DNA of 64,000 nt, from contig NC_091476.1 of NCBI RefSeq assembly GCF_036971445.1, positions 165,044,001 to 165,108,000 on the forward strand, in the 5' to 3' direction. The stretch comes from Narcine bancroftii. Its lineage: Eukaryota. A program made the translations under genes and the position numbers. Below, one piece after another: positions 50,265 through 64,000 of this stretch (position 1 is its first letter; each line of letters begins with the position of its first letter). Below the pieces are notes generated by a model. It saw only the letters and a program-made list of their open reading frames with translations. It did no database searches and was not told the origin of the DNA.

Positions 50265-53043
50265 TTTCAGATTTATTGTCAGACTACATACATGACACCA
50301 CATACAACTCTGAGATTAATTTTTCCTGTGGGCATGGCAGAATTACCACTAATTGGTAATGCAAAAATAAACTGTACACAATGAAAAACAAAAACATAAA
50401 TAAAAGAACTGTAAGGACATAATGAATGTAAACAAACTGACCGTGCAATAGAGATAGAACAAAGAAAACCAATCAATAAAGTGCACAAGTAAGACTCCTT
50501 AAATGAGTCTTTGACTTTGTTGTTATCCATAGATCAAGATCACAACAGGAGGAGCAGTTATGACCTGCAGAAAGCCATCTTCTGGGCAAAGTGGAGTTTG
50601 TAGATGAAAATGGAAACCACAAGGGATACTGACTGTTGTGGCAGGACCTAATTGACATAACATGCCTCAAAATCTGGTGCAGTAGAAGACAGCAAAGATT
50701 CACTCCCTAATGAACTCATGCATTCTACGCCTGATTCAACCACAAGAGTAAGAAAGAACCACAACTGCTCTTCCTCCATGTCCCCTGATGATCCTCTCCT
50801 GTCCATATCCGATGACGATATTTGAGTTCAAGAGTTGAGAAATCATGTTGCAACCCTGCAGATCTCTAGTGAGACTACTATTATGTTCAGTTCTGGTCAC
50901 CTCATTATAGGAAGCTATGGAGAGAGTGCAGAGGAGATTTACCAGGATATTGCCTGAATTGGAAAGTAAGCCTTATGAGGCAAGGTTAGCAGAGTTGGGA
51001 CTTTTCTCTTTGGAGCATAGAAGGATGAGAGTATACTTGATAGAGGTCTACAAGGTAGTGAGAGGCATAGATAAGGTGGGCAGCCAGTACCTTTTTCCAA
51101 GGGCAGGAATAGGAAACACCAGAGGATATAAATTCAAAGTGAAGGGAGGGACATTTAGGGGGGACATCAGGGTAAGTTTTTCTTTAACCCAGAGAGTTGT
51201 GGGTGCCTGGAATGCCTTGCCAGGGGTGGTGGTGGAAACTGAAACATTAGGAGCATTTAAGTGACTCTAAGACAGACACATGAATGGAAGAAAAATAGGG
51301 GGTAGTACTTTTTTTAGGACTGTATATGGATCGGCACAGTGTCGAAAGCTGAAGGGGCTGTACTGCGTTGTAGTGTTCTATGTTTTATGAAGTGCAGGAG
51401 AGTGAATCTGAGGAAAACATCCAGTCCGGACAGAGTACCCGGCTGAGTGTTAAAAATCTGTCCTGACCAATTTACCAACATATTCATGGATATCTCACTC
51501 TGGCAGGGAGTGATACCCACCTATTTCAAACAGACATCAATGGTATCAGTGCCCATGAAGAGTGTGGTAACCTGCCTAAATGACTATTGATCAGTGGCAC
51601 TCACATCAACAATTATGAAATGTTTCAAAAGGCTGTTATTGAAGCATATCAGCTCCTGTCTGAGCAGCGACATGGACCTGTTCCAATTCATAGCAACATA
51701 TCTACTGTGGATGCCATCTCACTGGCTCTACATAAAGCCCTGGAATACCTGGACAGCAAAGATGCATATATCAGGATGTTCTTTATTAACTGTAGTTCAG
51801 TATTTAAAAACATCATCCCCTCAAAGCTGATCAGTAAACTCCATTACCACACGGTATAATTGGATCCTGGATTTCCTCACCTAAAGTCCACAATCAGTGA
51901 AGATTGGTAAGAACATCTCTACAATCTCCATCAGAACCAGAGCACCAGAGAGCTATGTTCTTAGACTCCGCTCTACTTACTTTACACCTATGACTCTGTG
52001 GCTCGGTACGACTGCAACACCATCTAGAAATTTGCTGACGATATCACAACTGGGGGTTGCATAAAATAGGTTGATGGGAGGGAGATTGAAAACTTGGCCA
52101 AATGGTGCACCAACAATAACCTCACACTCAATGTCACCAGAACTAAGGAGCTGATTGTTGACGTCAAGAAGGGAAATCCAGATGTATATGATCCAGTGAT
52201 CATTGGGAGATCAGAGGAGGGGAGGTGAGTAATTTAAGTTCTTGGGAGTCACTCTCTTGGAGGATCTTTCCTGGACCCAACACACTAATGGCCTCATGAA
52301 GAAAACACGTCAGCACCTCTACTTCCTCAGGAGTTTGCGGTGGTTTGGTACGACACCAGAAACCCTGGTAAATCTCTACAAATGTATGGTGGAATGTGTG
52401 CTAACTGGTCTGGTATGGGGACACTGTAAAGCCCTGCAAAAGATAGTAGACCTAGCCCAGGACATCCCAGAAAAAAACCCTCCTTGCCATCAAGAACATC
52501 TACACGCAACACTGCCATTGGAGAACAATAGCAGTCATCAAAGATCCACAGTACCTAGCTCATGCTCTGTTTTCACTGCTACCATCAGGAAAGAGGTCAA
52601 GGTGCCACAAGTCTCGCACCATCAGGTTCAGGAACAGCTGCGCCCCCTCCACCATCAGTCAACTCAACAACAAACTCAGTCAGGGACTTATTTAAGGAGT
52701 CCTACTTTGCACATTTTCTTCCATCAGGAAAGAGGTCAAGGTGCCACAAGTCTTGCACCATCAGGTTCAGGAACAGCTGCTCCCCCTCCACCATCAGTCA
52801 ACTCAACAACAGACTCAATTAGGGACTTATTTAAGGACTCCTTCTTTGCACATTTTCTTTTCCTCTCTGCATTGCAGTCAGTCTGTTTGCATTTCTTTAT
52901 TTGTTTACATGTGTACATTGTGAAGTTTTTTTTTCACGACCAATAAATGGGAATTCTGCCTGGCCCACAGAAGAAAAGAATCTCAGGGTTGTATGTGATG
53001 TCTTGTGTGTACTCTTGACAATAAATCTGAAGTCTAAATCTGA
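50265..53043 (+). mobile_element. Rex/Babar-like LINE with an inverted copy of its own 3' end at the 5' side and an inner CR1 insertion (~50820-51390)
   Basis: VALTSTIMKCF.RL, YIRMFFINCSSVF.NIIPSKL, KFADD, LGVTLLEDLSWTQH..RQHLYFLRSLR; CR1 ORF ERVQRRFTRILPEL...TRGYKFKV...WNALP. Confidence 0.8.
52582..52859 (+). repeat. Tandem duplication of 139 bp within the LINE 3' region
   Basis: CCATCAGGAAAGAGGTCAAGGTGCC...TTTGCACATTTTCTT at 52582-52720 and 52721-52859, with few mismatches. Confidence 0.92.
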
Positions 53044-53199
53044 AAAATATCTTTATCTTCGCTATATAAAGTATATTGTTTGATCAGCTGAGTTTCTCCA
53101 GCATTGTGTTTTTACATATAAATTTCAGGATGTTTAAAAATGCTATATATGTGTTTGAGTGGCCACAAATTAATATTAATGGATTAATCACAATAAGAA

Positions 53200-54150
53200 A
53201 ATTCACAGGATAGCAGACCTGGCAGATGTTGATGAGAATATTAACTAAAGGTGCAGTTTTAATTCAGAACAGGAGTTCGGTTTTGGAACCCAGCAAGTGT
53301 GTAGAAGACTGTGTTCAAAATGAATCATCCATGGACCCATCAACTGGAAACCATGGCTGAACAGCGAGGAACACTCGCTAGGAGTCCGGTGACTCAACCT
53401 TACAGAAGAAACCTGGTATGACCTGTGCAGAATCATAAGGGATGCCAAGGGGCTGTACCAAACTAGACTCGTCCCAGACATTTCTTATAGACACCAAGAA
53501 CCTTTGCCATCACGAGCAGAATTACAAACAACCAACCCTTCCAGATGAGCTCAAGGGCTTCAACACTCACTTCAAGCAGAAGGTCAGCAAGGCATGTCTC
53601 TTCTATCTCCAGTACACCTGCACTGGTGGTCAGAGGGACACATTTATCTCTAGCACACATGGTCACCGCTTCAGATGTTAGTTAGGCTTTCTGGAGAGTG
53701 AACCTGCCAAAACTGACTGGTCCAGATGGAGTCCCTCTATGTGTCCTCCATATCTCTGGAGATAAACTGACAGGAGTCCGTTTTCAACCTCTCTCCCAAC
53801 AGGCTGAAGTACTCAGCTGTTTCAAGAAAGCTACAATCAGCTTGGTACCAAAGAAGAACGTAGAGACTGGTCAGTGGCTCTGACATCCACCATCTTGAAG
53901 TGGTCTGAGAGATTGGTCATGGCATACATTAACTTTAGCCTTCCACCCACCCTTGATCCACACCAATTTACATACCTCCAAAACAGGTGAACAGCAAATG
54001 CCATCTTCCTGGCCCATACACAGCCCCGGAAAACCTGGTCAAAAAGGACACCTACGTCAGACTATCCATGACTTTCTTTCATGCAGGCTGCAATCTATGA
54101 GAATTGGTGATGGCACCTCCTCCATGATCATCCTCAACACCAGGGTAAGG
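53200..54150 (+). mobile_element. Degenerate Rex/Babar-like LINE fragment
   Basis: LPDELKGFNTHF, NLPKLTGPDGVP..VL, CFKKATISLVPKK, VALTSTILK. Confidence 0.7.
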
Positions 54151-57100
54151 AAGAAGATTCATCCACACGAAATCACACATCTGATTTAGGTTCACCCTCT
54201 TTTCTGCCATTATCACATACCTGAATTAACCTCAAAGTTGAAAAATTATGCTCCTTTTGCTCTATACCAACTGATATCTCTCTGTAGCTCTGCACCTTTG
54301 TACAGTGTCATTCTATCCATAAGGTTATTCACAACATTTCCAAATTATGATAACTATAGATTGGTGTGAGGTCACACACCCTTTCACAATAATATACACT
54401 CTAACAGCTATTTACAGCTTCAAAATATCTGAAGGAGTTATACATTCTGTTATTCTATACATCCTTTGTCTCCTAGATGTTGCCATTGAAGAGAAAATGA
54501 ATAGAGAGGTTTTAACTTTAGAATTCCCATGTCCTATTTTGGCTTTTGATGCTTATTTTCAGTTCCATGTACTCACTGAGACTTCATTTTTAAAATTTTT
54601 AGGATGATATCATCAGTTCAATTTGACTCGAGAAAAATAACAGAAAATATCTAACCATTTTACAACTGGGAGAAAATAAGCAATGGGAATCACATTGTAG
54701 AAGTATCATGTAAGCTGATCTTATCAACAAATCAAAGATTAAATTAACCATAAGCTACCGAAAAATGAACTTTCTTTGTAATTTTATGAATGCTTAGAGA
54801 TTCGTATTGTGCAACCCTAAATGATAGAAAATACGATGTGTGCAGAATAAGTGAAAGTTAAATTAATGGGAACTTGATTTTTTTGTCACTGGTCTGAATT
54901 AGAGGGCACTTGTCTATTTATCAAAGAGAGTGACAAGGTCCCTGAAAACCTTTGTGAAAACAAATGGGACAGAAGAAGATCAAAGATTTGAAAGGTGAAG
55001 CCAAGAATACCAAAGATTTAATGATGTATCTGCAGACATGTGACAGGACGGAACCTTTCTATATTGTAGCAATGATATTTTTGACTGCTCCACTGCGGAC
55101 TCCCTGTTGTCACTCTTTGAGAAGGTGGAGACAAATTTAAAGTCTTCATTATTGTCTCCATTACAGTTGTTACAGCACTGGGGAAGCTACACCCAACTGA
55201 TCTCCATGATCATTGTCAAATAAGTGCATCAGCAGGCCCAAGGTCATGCTGTATTGGTTGGTGTGAGTAAGCTTCACTAACTGCTGGTCACACGGTGCTA
55301 CAGGTTGTTGTTAAACAAGAAAGTCTGCAGATACTGGCGACGTATGAAGAACACAAATGTGCTGGAGAAACTCAGCAGGTCACACAGGAAGGAAAGGTGA
55401 ACAAACATTTCAAGACAAAAATGATGGTTATCAAGTTGTTGATTCTCTTACCACTACAGTCTTTATAATCAGTCACATTTTTAACCTTCATCCATATTTA
55501 TGCATAAACTGTTCTATGCTTGGCTTTCTCTTGATTCCCACTTTCCAACATTTAAACAAAATTAAGGTATACATTTAATATCTCAAATTAGAACCATTAC
55601 AGTGATATTAATATAGGAGACAAGCCTAACCTGTTGCTGAACTTGAACTGTCTGCCCAAAGCCATATTGGTGGGTGTGACCAACTGAGCTATACGAGATG
55701 CTGATCACGCTCTGCCAATGCATTGAGTGCTTCTGAGGCTTTCCATAGGTGGCAACTTATTTTCACTTGTTGGTTCTACTGTTAGAGACCATTATCCTTT
55801 GGGAAGACATTATGCTTTAATCATCAGCGTAAATGACTGTCATGGGTGGGGATTGTGGGTTTCATGAAATGGGAACAATATATCAGACCGAGGCTTTTGT
55901 TTATTATTGTTCCAAATAATATCGAAGAACAGTTGGTGCAAACATTCACGAAAACTCAACCATATAAACCTCCGCTTTCTTTCCATTTACTGCATTTCAG
56001 TTGCAATAATAGAGTGATTTTGAAGATTTTTTACAAATCTCACTTCCAAATCATTAACAAAATTTACAGCAAAATCAATCTTGCGTTGAAATCTGATGTC
56101 GCTTTGATGTCAAAATGCATTTAGAGTATCAGCTTTGTAATGGTAGAGAAAAATAATTCTAGAGATCTATGTCATCAACTTGTGTGATTAACTGCTTCAT
56201 GCTCATGTATCGCTGCATGTGTTTGATGCTTAAATAAGCTCAACAAGTAAGGGTCACACTGACTGTGACATTAAGAAGTCTTTCTGATTATTCAATTGCT
56301 GTCCAAAGGAGGAGGTGGGAAGCAGCAGTAAGGCAGGTCAGAAGCCAACATGGTGGGGGGGATAATATAAAAGATAAGTTCAAATAAGTCATGTTTGAAG
56401 ATAAATCTCATTAAATTAATTCCTTATACTCTTAATTTTGATATTGTTTAATTGAAACTGTATTTCATATGAAAGATGGGAAATTTATTTTTCATTCTTA
56501 ATTAACACAGTGAATAAATCAAAGGCCTCTCCTTATCAATTTGTAAAAGGATCATGTTCTTGCAATCCTGAAATGCATAATGAGAGTCCCTGCTTTTTCA
56601 GCACTTGCTATAACCCAGTTTACAGCACCTCTATTGCATTGTGGGATTCCTTGGGTGATTAGTTCTATGTCAGCTTGGATGCCTGGCTTCACTGTGTGTG
56701 GGTTCAAACAACAGGGTAAGCATCAAACATGCGTCCTACAATTTTTCAGGATTCTGTTAACTCAAGCTGCATGTGCGTTTTTGTACACTGTTAAGAGCTG
56801 AAATTATTTTAATTTTTAAAACATTTGAATCTGCATGGAATGAGAAAGAGGCCTTCTTTGACATATTCATGTCAAGGATTACAGGTACAGAGATTTAATA
56901 GGTTGCGCTGAAAGAAAAATCTGCAGGAAAGGTGTGTTAAAAGGTTAAAGGAAAAAATAACCATTAAGCAATTTTCAAACACTCTTGGTGCTGATCATTC
57001 ACTGCATTCTGGTCTCACACTGTTCAGAGATGGACAGTAGGCCTCCTAAAAGGGGCATGGCATGTGTGCATTATAAGACATGGATGATTAATTGAAAGCT

Positions 57101-57429
57101 CCAGGGAAGCAAAGAGAACAGAAAAGAAACCTACAAATGGGATGCTGCAAATTGCTCAATGCTTAAATCTTACAAAGGAGATATACATGTACACCCACAC
57201 ACACCCCACCACCCCATATCAGTTACCTCTGATTACTGTGTTTTATTCTTTAGACTTCCTGTCAGATGCACCCAGCCAGTAGCGTTTAAGAACATTCACT
57301 GATATGGTATTTATTTTCTGGTGTGAGGATGTGCTGTATTAAATGGAATAATCTCATTTTATGGCACATTGTGAAAAGCAAGTGACCCAGTCTCCTCTTT
57401 CTCCAAATTTTAAATTAAAAATTTAATTG

Positions 57430-57720
57430 TTTATTGTTTTGATTTTTCTTTAAAAGCTGTTGTAAACTCGTGCCCATTCCAAATTACAGGCCTGTTTTGC
57501 ATAAATCTCATTCTCTCCCTTAGGTGAAGATCATAAAATTGTGCCTTTTGCATTCCTAAATTACTCCCATTTATCCTCACAAAAGCTTTCACTATTTGGA
57601 AATACTTCTCAGCTCTTAACAAAAGTTGCATTTCCCTGAGTTTCTCCTCATAACCAAAGCCTTTTCCTTTTGTGAAGCTCTTCTCTACCCTTTGTAAAGT
57701 CATGATAGTAAACAGTGACC
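57430..57720 (-). mobile_element. CR1-like 3' fragment
   Basis: LQRVEKSFTK..GFGYEEKLREM.L...QNRPVIWN. Confidence 0.55.
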
Positions 57721-59509
57721 TCTCTCAAATTATAATAATGTTTGGATTACGAACTTATCTCAGTGTTAATCACTTGAGTAAGGAGAGGGGCCTTTGCTTT
57801 TCACTCTTCAAGAAGATTTACTGCTAAAGTGAGAGAAGGGCAAATGGTGTTAAAAAGGTTCATTTTTATTTAGCCTTCAGGAGTTCTGAATTTTCCAAAC
57901 TCATCATAGCTCTGAGGTTTTAGGTTCAAACAGACGGCATGAAAGCCGTCTATTTTGGTGGAAGAAATAGTTGAAATTTTGGGGGAAAAAAGAGTCAGTT
58001 CTAATTGAAAAGAGCAGTTTGGAAGGCAGGGGGGTTGTTGATGGTGAAGGACATGGGAAATGTAGTGAATTGCGGGTGAAGTTACTGAGCAAAGAAGAAG
58101 AGGCAATGAGTTGGTAGCCCAAAGGAGAACTAATAGGGTGGTGGTGTGCAGTGGGGAGAATTGGGGATGGGGATGTACAGGGAGAAACACAGTAAATGAG
58201 GAAGGGAAGTGCTATTTTTTGTGTAACTACTATTTCAAAACCAATTTGTCATGACACCACTTCTCCAAAAATGAAACAAAGTACCGTAAAGCAAAAACAA
58301 AGAAGGAAAAGAGGAGTTTTAGGGAGACAGAAAGAAGGACAACATGACAACTTTGGAGATTATGTGCTAGAAATGTGTCTGCTCTGTTTCTTCTGGTTTT
58401 AAGCTGTATTTGGTGTCTCCCTAACACAAAATTATGAGGAAAACGATTGGGTATTTCTATGTTCTATTTAATAACTAGCATTATTAAGCTATTTTGCAAC
58501 AACAGTTGAATCTCTCACAGCAGCCACAACATCATTAGCTCATTATAAAGGAATAAGTGTACAACATTTCTAGCATTATTCCACCTGCTTAGGATGGAGA
58601 GGATGCATCAATAAGGAACAAAGAGGAAACTTGAATTTCATGCAAACACCTGGCAGAAAGTTGCCAGGATGTTCTTCGCAAGATGCATCATTGCCCCTGC
58701 ATTGGTGAATTATGTTGAAGAAGCTCTCATGACCTCAAACGATTAATCAAGGTAAGTCCTGGTGATGCAAAACTTTCTCATTCACCTGTGGCTCTTCTCT
58801 TCAGAGTTTGTGAATATCTTCCTGTGAAAAACACTCAGTCACTCATAAGTCATGCCTCTTTTCTTGCCTCTCTCTCCCTCTGATCCTCTGGAACTCTTTT
58901 TTAATTTCCCTGCTGTTCTTCATGTTCTCCTCTTTTCCTCTAATTGTAATTTTCACATTACTCCCCATTCCTCCCAGTCTCCCATCTCCTCTCATTCCTG
59001 TCTCTCCCAACCACTCTGTGAGTTCTGTTTCTTTCTTTATACTTTGACCTGTTAAATAAGGTACAAAATTGTGTGTCCTGTCCACTGCAGTAGCACTCCC
59101 TTAGTTCATTACAAATATTCACCTTGATTCCATGCAACTGTATGCATTCTCTATCTCTCCAGGTCCACTACACTTGCACCTTCTCCATGACTAATGCACT
59201 CAATCATCCAAGAATTCACACCACTTTATGTAGTCAGCTACCTTTCACAATTATTATGTCAGGGGCAAAGATGACAAGGAAAAGGTGGATGTCTCTCCAG
59301 ATGGTGAGACAAATCTCAGAACAGCAGGTTGACCTCTTTGAAAGAGTGAGTGGTGAATCAGGTGAGCACAAGAGCAAGTGAGGCACCACAAGAAGCAGAG
59401 CTAGTCTGAGATCTGCTGGGTATAATTTCATTGCATGTTAACATAAACTTTCTCATTGGTACAGGGTATCTTCACTGATAATGAACTGGCCATGTCTCAA
59501 AGCTCACTT

Positions 59510-62500
59510 GTCTCTCTTTTAATATTTTTATTGATTTTCATAAGTAAACATGCATATACAAAACATTTATGGAATGCATAATGACTCAACAAACTGTATA
59601 ACACATAACACAAACATAATACAAAAAATACATCAAAAGGATGTCTTTTTATCATGTAAACCTTGGCTCTAAACCCCATCCCCTAACCCACATTGTATGA
59701 CTAAAAAAAATGTACTTCGTTCCTGATGTAAAATAGTAAGTATTAAAATTTGGAAATAATATTATGCCTAGAGGTTATGAATATAATTCAGAAATGGTCC
59801 CCATAACATTTGAAACCTTATACTTGAATTATTAATTGAGTAACGGAACTCTTTCTAAGTTTAAACAGGACATAATTTACCTCAGCATTAAGCACGAGTG
59901 GATGGGGCAGCATCCTTCCAGCTAAACAGTATCGCACGTCTGGCCAACAGAGATGCAAAAGACAGAGAACGACATTTAATTGGAGTTAAAAGAATATCAT
60001 CCTGTCCAGTTGTACAAAGAGCAATCAAAGGATTTGGCTCTACATTTACGTTAAAAATTAAAGATAAAGTTTGAAACACCTCCCACCAGTATTTTTCAAG
60101 GCTAGGACACATCCAGAACATATGAATTAAAGAAGCCTCTCCTCTCTTACATTTATCACAACAAGAATTTTGACTTTAGACATATGGGTCCTAGGTACAA
60201 CTTTAAATTTTCACAAGCAATGATGGGCACATAAGGATGTAGTGATATTCAGCTTAAGAACTAGATCCCAGACTTCATCCGTAAATGAGAAGTTAAAATC
60301 CTGTTCCCAGGCATTTTTAATTTTAATTAGAGGGCATGTTTCAAACCCACCAACTTATCATAAATGATGGATATTAAACCTTTGCAAGGATTTTGCCAAC
60401 TGAATAATGCATCAACAGTGTTCGAATGAGGGTGCCTGAGGAAAATCAGGTATCTGAGATTTAAGAAAATATCTGAAAAAAAAAGAGTATGTAGTCAATT
60501 GAACCTTCCAGAAAGCTGTTCAAATGATGCAAAACTATGTTCAATATCTAATCTAAATCATTCATGAAAAACAAAATCTTGGAAAGAAGGTTGAACAAGA
60601 TGATTGGTTAAGATAGGGCTTGAAAAAATGAACTTTTTCCAATTAATATGCAGGTCACTATCTACACTCAAGTTCAATTAAAGATTGTCAGAGTTAATTT
60701 CACATTCTTAGAGGTTAAAATTACTAAACAGTTTAAAGGTCCATATAAACTCAATTTTTCTCCTCTATTCGAGTATGTGAAATTGTCTTTTTCTAGATGG
60801 TCTCCTTTATCATTATCTTTAATAGGTCATATTAATGCAGTTAAAATGATATTATTGAAGTTTTTTTAAATCAATTTCAAGTAATTCCAGTTTTCATCTC
60901 AGTCTTTTTTTGATAATATTGACTCAAAAGTTTCTTCCTTTATTTGGAAGAACACTCTAGAATTAGGAAATTTCATTTACAAAAAAATTGAGAAAAGATG
61001 GAGGCATGGCCCTACCTAATTTTAGATTTTATTACTGGGCTGTTAATATATGTGATCTAACTGACTGGATTTTTTTATTCTGACAAATTGGATCGTCCAT
61101 TACAGACAGGTTGAGAAGTGAAATCTATCCAGCAGTATTCAGTGGCCACTTTATTGGTACCTTTCTTCCATTAAGTTTTACCAAGATTAATAAGGATATA
61201 TCCAATCCAATACTCAAACAAATATTGCAAATCTAGTTCCAATTTAGGAAATGTTTAAATTTAAAAACCTTTGTTTTATCTAGTGCTATCTCTCATAATT
61301 ATTTTTATGACCATCAATAATTGATTAATCCTTCTCTATAGAAAATCAAAGGTATTATTTCTTGCAAATTTATTTAAGGAAGGTTGTTTAATAAGTAAAT
61401 ATGACTGACCAAATATCTGTTTTTTTAGATATTTACAACTTAGAAATTTCTTAAATACCTTATTACCAGACTTTCTATTTGTATATCCACCAGATCTAGC
61501 TGATAATATTTTTCAATTGAATACTTCTCAGAAAGGATTAATTGGAATTTCATACATTATTGAAATTATGTCCAGTACTTCATGATATGATTAAAAAGAC
61601 TTGGGAATTGGGACTTGCAAGACCCTCATTAGAGGATCTATGGGGCAAGATTCTTAAACTGGTGAATCCATCTTCAATATGTGTCCGACATTCATTAATC
61701 CAATTAAAAGTGGTGCATCATGTTCACATGTCCAAAGATAAGCAGGCTTGCATCTTTTCCAATTGACCCTACTTGCGATAGATGCAAATCTGATATTGCT
61801 ACATTAACACATATGTTTTGGCCTTGTCCATCTTTAGAAATCTATTGGAAAGAAATATTTAAATATCTTTTCAACTGTATTTTTGGGTTATTGAATCAGA
61901 CATAGGCAAAAGGTTGTGGCCCTCTCTACATTGTTGGCTAGAAGAGCCATCTTATTCAAATGGAAAGACTCTAGATCTCCAACAGGTTTCAGTGGTTCTC
62001 TGATATTATGTCCTGTTTAAGTTTAGAAAAATTTAGATGTCATGTATTTGATTCATCGGTGAAATTTGAAGATACATGATGACCTTTTATGTCTTATTTT
62101 CATTTGATGTAAATGTTCTTAATGTGTTTAGAGGTACTTTTACAGATAAGATATAATCTTACCTTTGTTTTTTGATTCATGGTATGAATCAAAAGCTACA
62201 AAATAGATCTAACCCTTAGGATAAGCTGCTCAGATTTTTATTTGGTTAGTTCTTTTTTAAAGAGTGTATATATATTTTGTATGCCTTTTCCATCTTCATC
62301 CAGTGCAGTGGAGGGGGGAATCAAATGTATACTGTTTGAAGTTTTATCTTAATATATATACGTATGTGATATTGTATTTTCAGTTTCATTGTACTGTATT
62401 TATTATAAAAACCAATAAAAAAAAAATTGAAAAAGAAGACAGGGCTTGATAGAGAAACACCACAAAGTCCAAAGTGTTTTCTCAACTGCACCCACAGTAT

Positions 62501-64000
62501 GTGTAAATACAAGATTATCAATTTATTTAAAGGGAAGTGAGGTCCAAGAAGTGCTGGAATGGAAATGTTTTTTTTAAAGCAGAATTCAGCTCCATTGCTT
62601 CCCATTCTGGACAGTCCACTCAATTATGAAAATGTAAACAAAACATAAAGTTATGTATATTGACTGCCCAATAGTAAAATTTGAAATTTGGTAGACCCAT
62701 GCCTCCATTCCTTTTAGGCTTTGGAAGATTAACTTTGTTTAGATGAGGGTGCTTACCCTTCCATATATATATTATATAATCAAATCAAGTGAATCAAAAA
62801 ATGATTTGAGAATGAAAATTGGTATAGACTATAAAAGGAATAAAAATTTAGGTAAAATATTCATTTTTAATAGAATTAATACGACTGACCAGAGATATAG
62901 AAAGTGGCAACCATTGTGTTAAAGATCATTTCACTTGCTTTAATAATATAAAAAAAAAATGTACTTATGATTCTTTGTAACAGTAATACTGAGATAGTTA
63001 CATTTATTTTCCACAATCTTAAAAGGAAAATTGGTGTACACTTATGCAGGTGTATTCAAAGGGTAAAGTTCACTTTTATGGAGATTTAATCGATATCCTG
63101 AAAACTTTCTAAATTGAGAAGTATTGACAGCATGGACGGTAAAGAAGTGTCAGGATTTGATAAGTAAAGCAGAAGATCATCCGCATAAAGGGAAACTCTA
63201 TGTTCAATTTCTTTCTATAAATCTTTGAAATATCCCTGCACTCTCAAAATGCAATTGCTCACGGTTCCAAGCCCCAGATCAATGAGTAATGGACTTAGAG
63301 GATGCCCTTGATGGGTTCCCCATTGGAAATTGAAAGGTTGTGATTGTTGAAAATTAGTGAGAATTGAGGCCATAGGGCATGAGTACAATAATTTAATCCA
63401 TGTAATAAAACCTGAACCAAAATTGAATTTTTCTAAAATCATAGATAACTATATCCATTTAACTCAATCGAATGCTTTCTCTATATCAAGGGAGAGAACA
63501 CACTCAGGAACTGCATGAGAAGGTAAGTACAAAATAACTAATAAGTGAAATATTAAAATAAGAGTAACGGTTTTTAATAAAACCAGACTGGTCTGCAGAA
63601 ATGATAGATGGTAATATATTTGACTATCAGGCCAAAACTTTAGCCAAAATTTTTACATCAATATTTAATAAAGAAATCAGCCTCAAGGAGGAGCACTCAG
63701 TTGGATCTTTACCTTTCTTTACTATGAGAGATATACACACTTCGTTAAATGTTGCCGGGAGATTACCCTGCCTGAACGAGTCTAATAACACAGAATTTAA
63801 TTGAGGTGAAAATAGATGAGAAAAAGATTTGTAAAAAATCCACAGGAAACCAGTCGGGTCCCAGAGCTCTTCCAGAATGTAGTGAAGAAATAGCAGCAAC
63901 TATTTCTTCGTGTGATATAGACTCACCTAGTATCATTTGGTCATCTGAAGAAAGTGTGGGCATGTTTAAACAATCCAGGAAATCTTTCATCATTTGTGAA
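59510..64000 (-). mobile_element. Degenerate L1 ORF2 (RT to 3' end), running off the window and split by a nested L1
   Basis: GRALGPD.FPVDF, LISLLNIDVKILAKVLA, GTHQGHPLSPLL, SLYADD, MFWMCPSLEKYW; T-rich tail near 59515. Confidence 0.88.
60624..62435 (+). mobile_element. 5'-truncated L1 inserted antisense in another L1, with a 14-bp TSD
   Basis: SRWSPLSLSLIGHINAVKM, GGMALPNFRFYYWA, CVRHSLIQLKVVH, CDRC...HMFWPC; AATAAA and A-tail at about 62414-62434; TSD AAGA(T/C)AGGGCTTGA at 60610-60623 and 62436-62449. Confidence 0.88.

Noticed and set aside
52242-52946. 234-aa ORF
   Set aside because: Frameshifted LINE RT C-terminus extended by the 139-bp duplication; not a host gene.

Overview
Eukaryotic genomic DNA from a vertebrate, probably a cartilaginous fish (inferred from the CR1, Rex/Babar-like, L1, RTE and Penelope repeat mix). 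It contains one intact protein-coding gene, SFPQ (DBHS-family splicing factor), on the minus strand. I could assemble 9 coding exons from 42563 to 31298, all with GT-AG junctions in consistent phase, giving 1731 nt / 576 aa. The gene has a CpG-island promoter with TATA, YY1, CCAAT and CRE-like motifs. The most interesting signals are at its 3' end: a 233-nt AG-free zone with a distant branch point and stem-loops before the last coding exon, and an ~8 kb transposon-poor downstream region with several cleanly bounded non-coding, stop-containing candidate exons and a distal poly(A) exon. Together these look like an alternative-last-exon/NMD control module (inference). The flanks (1-22.5 kb and 43-64 kb) are mostly decayed retroelements, including a near full-length L1, nested insertions with target-site duplications, solo LTRs and MITEs. 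I see no evidence of a novel multi-gene system. Transposon family assignments come from pattern recognition and their boundaries are approximate.
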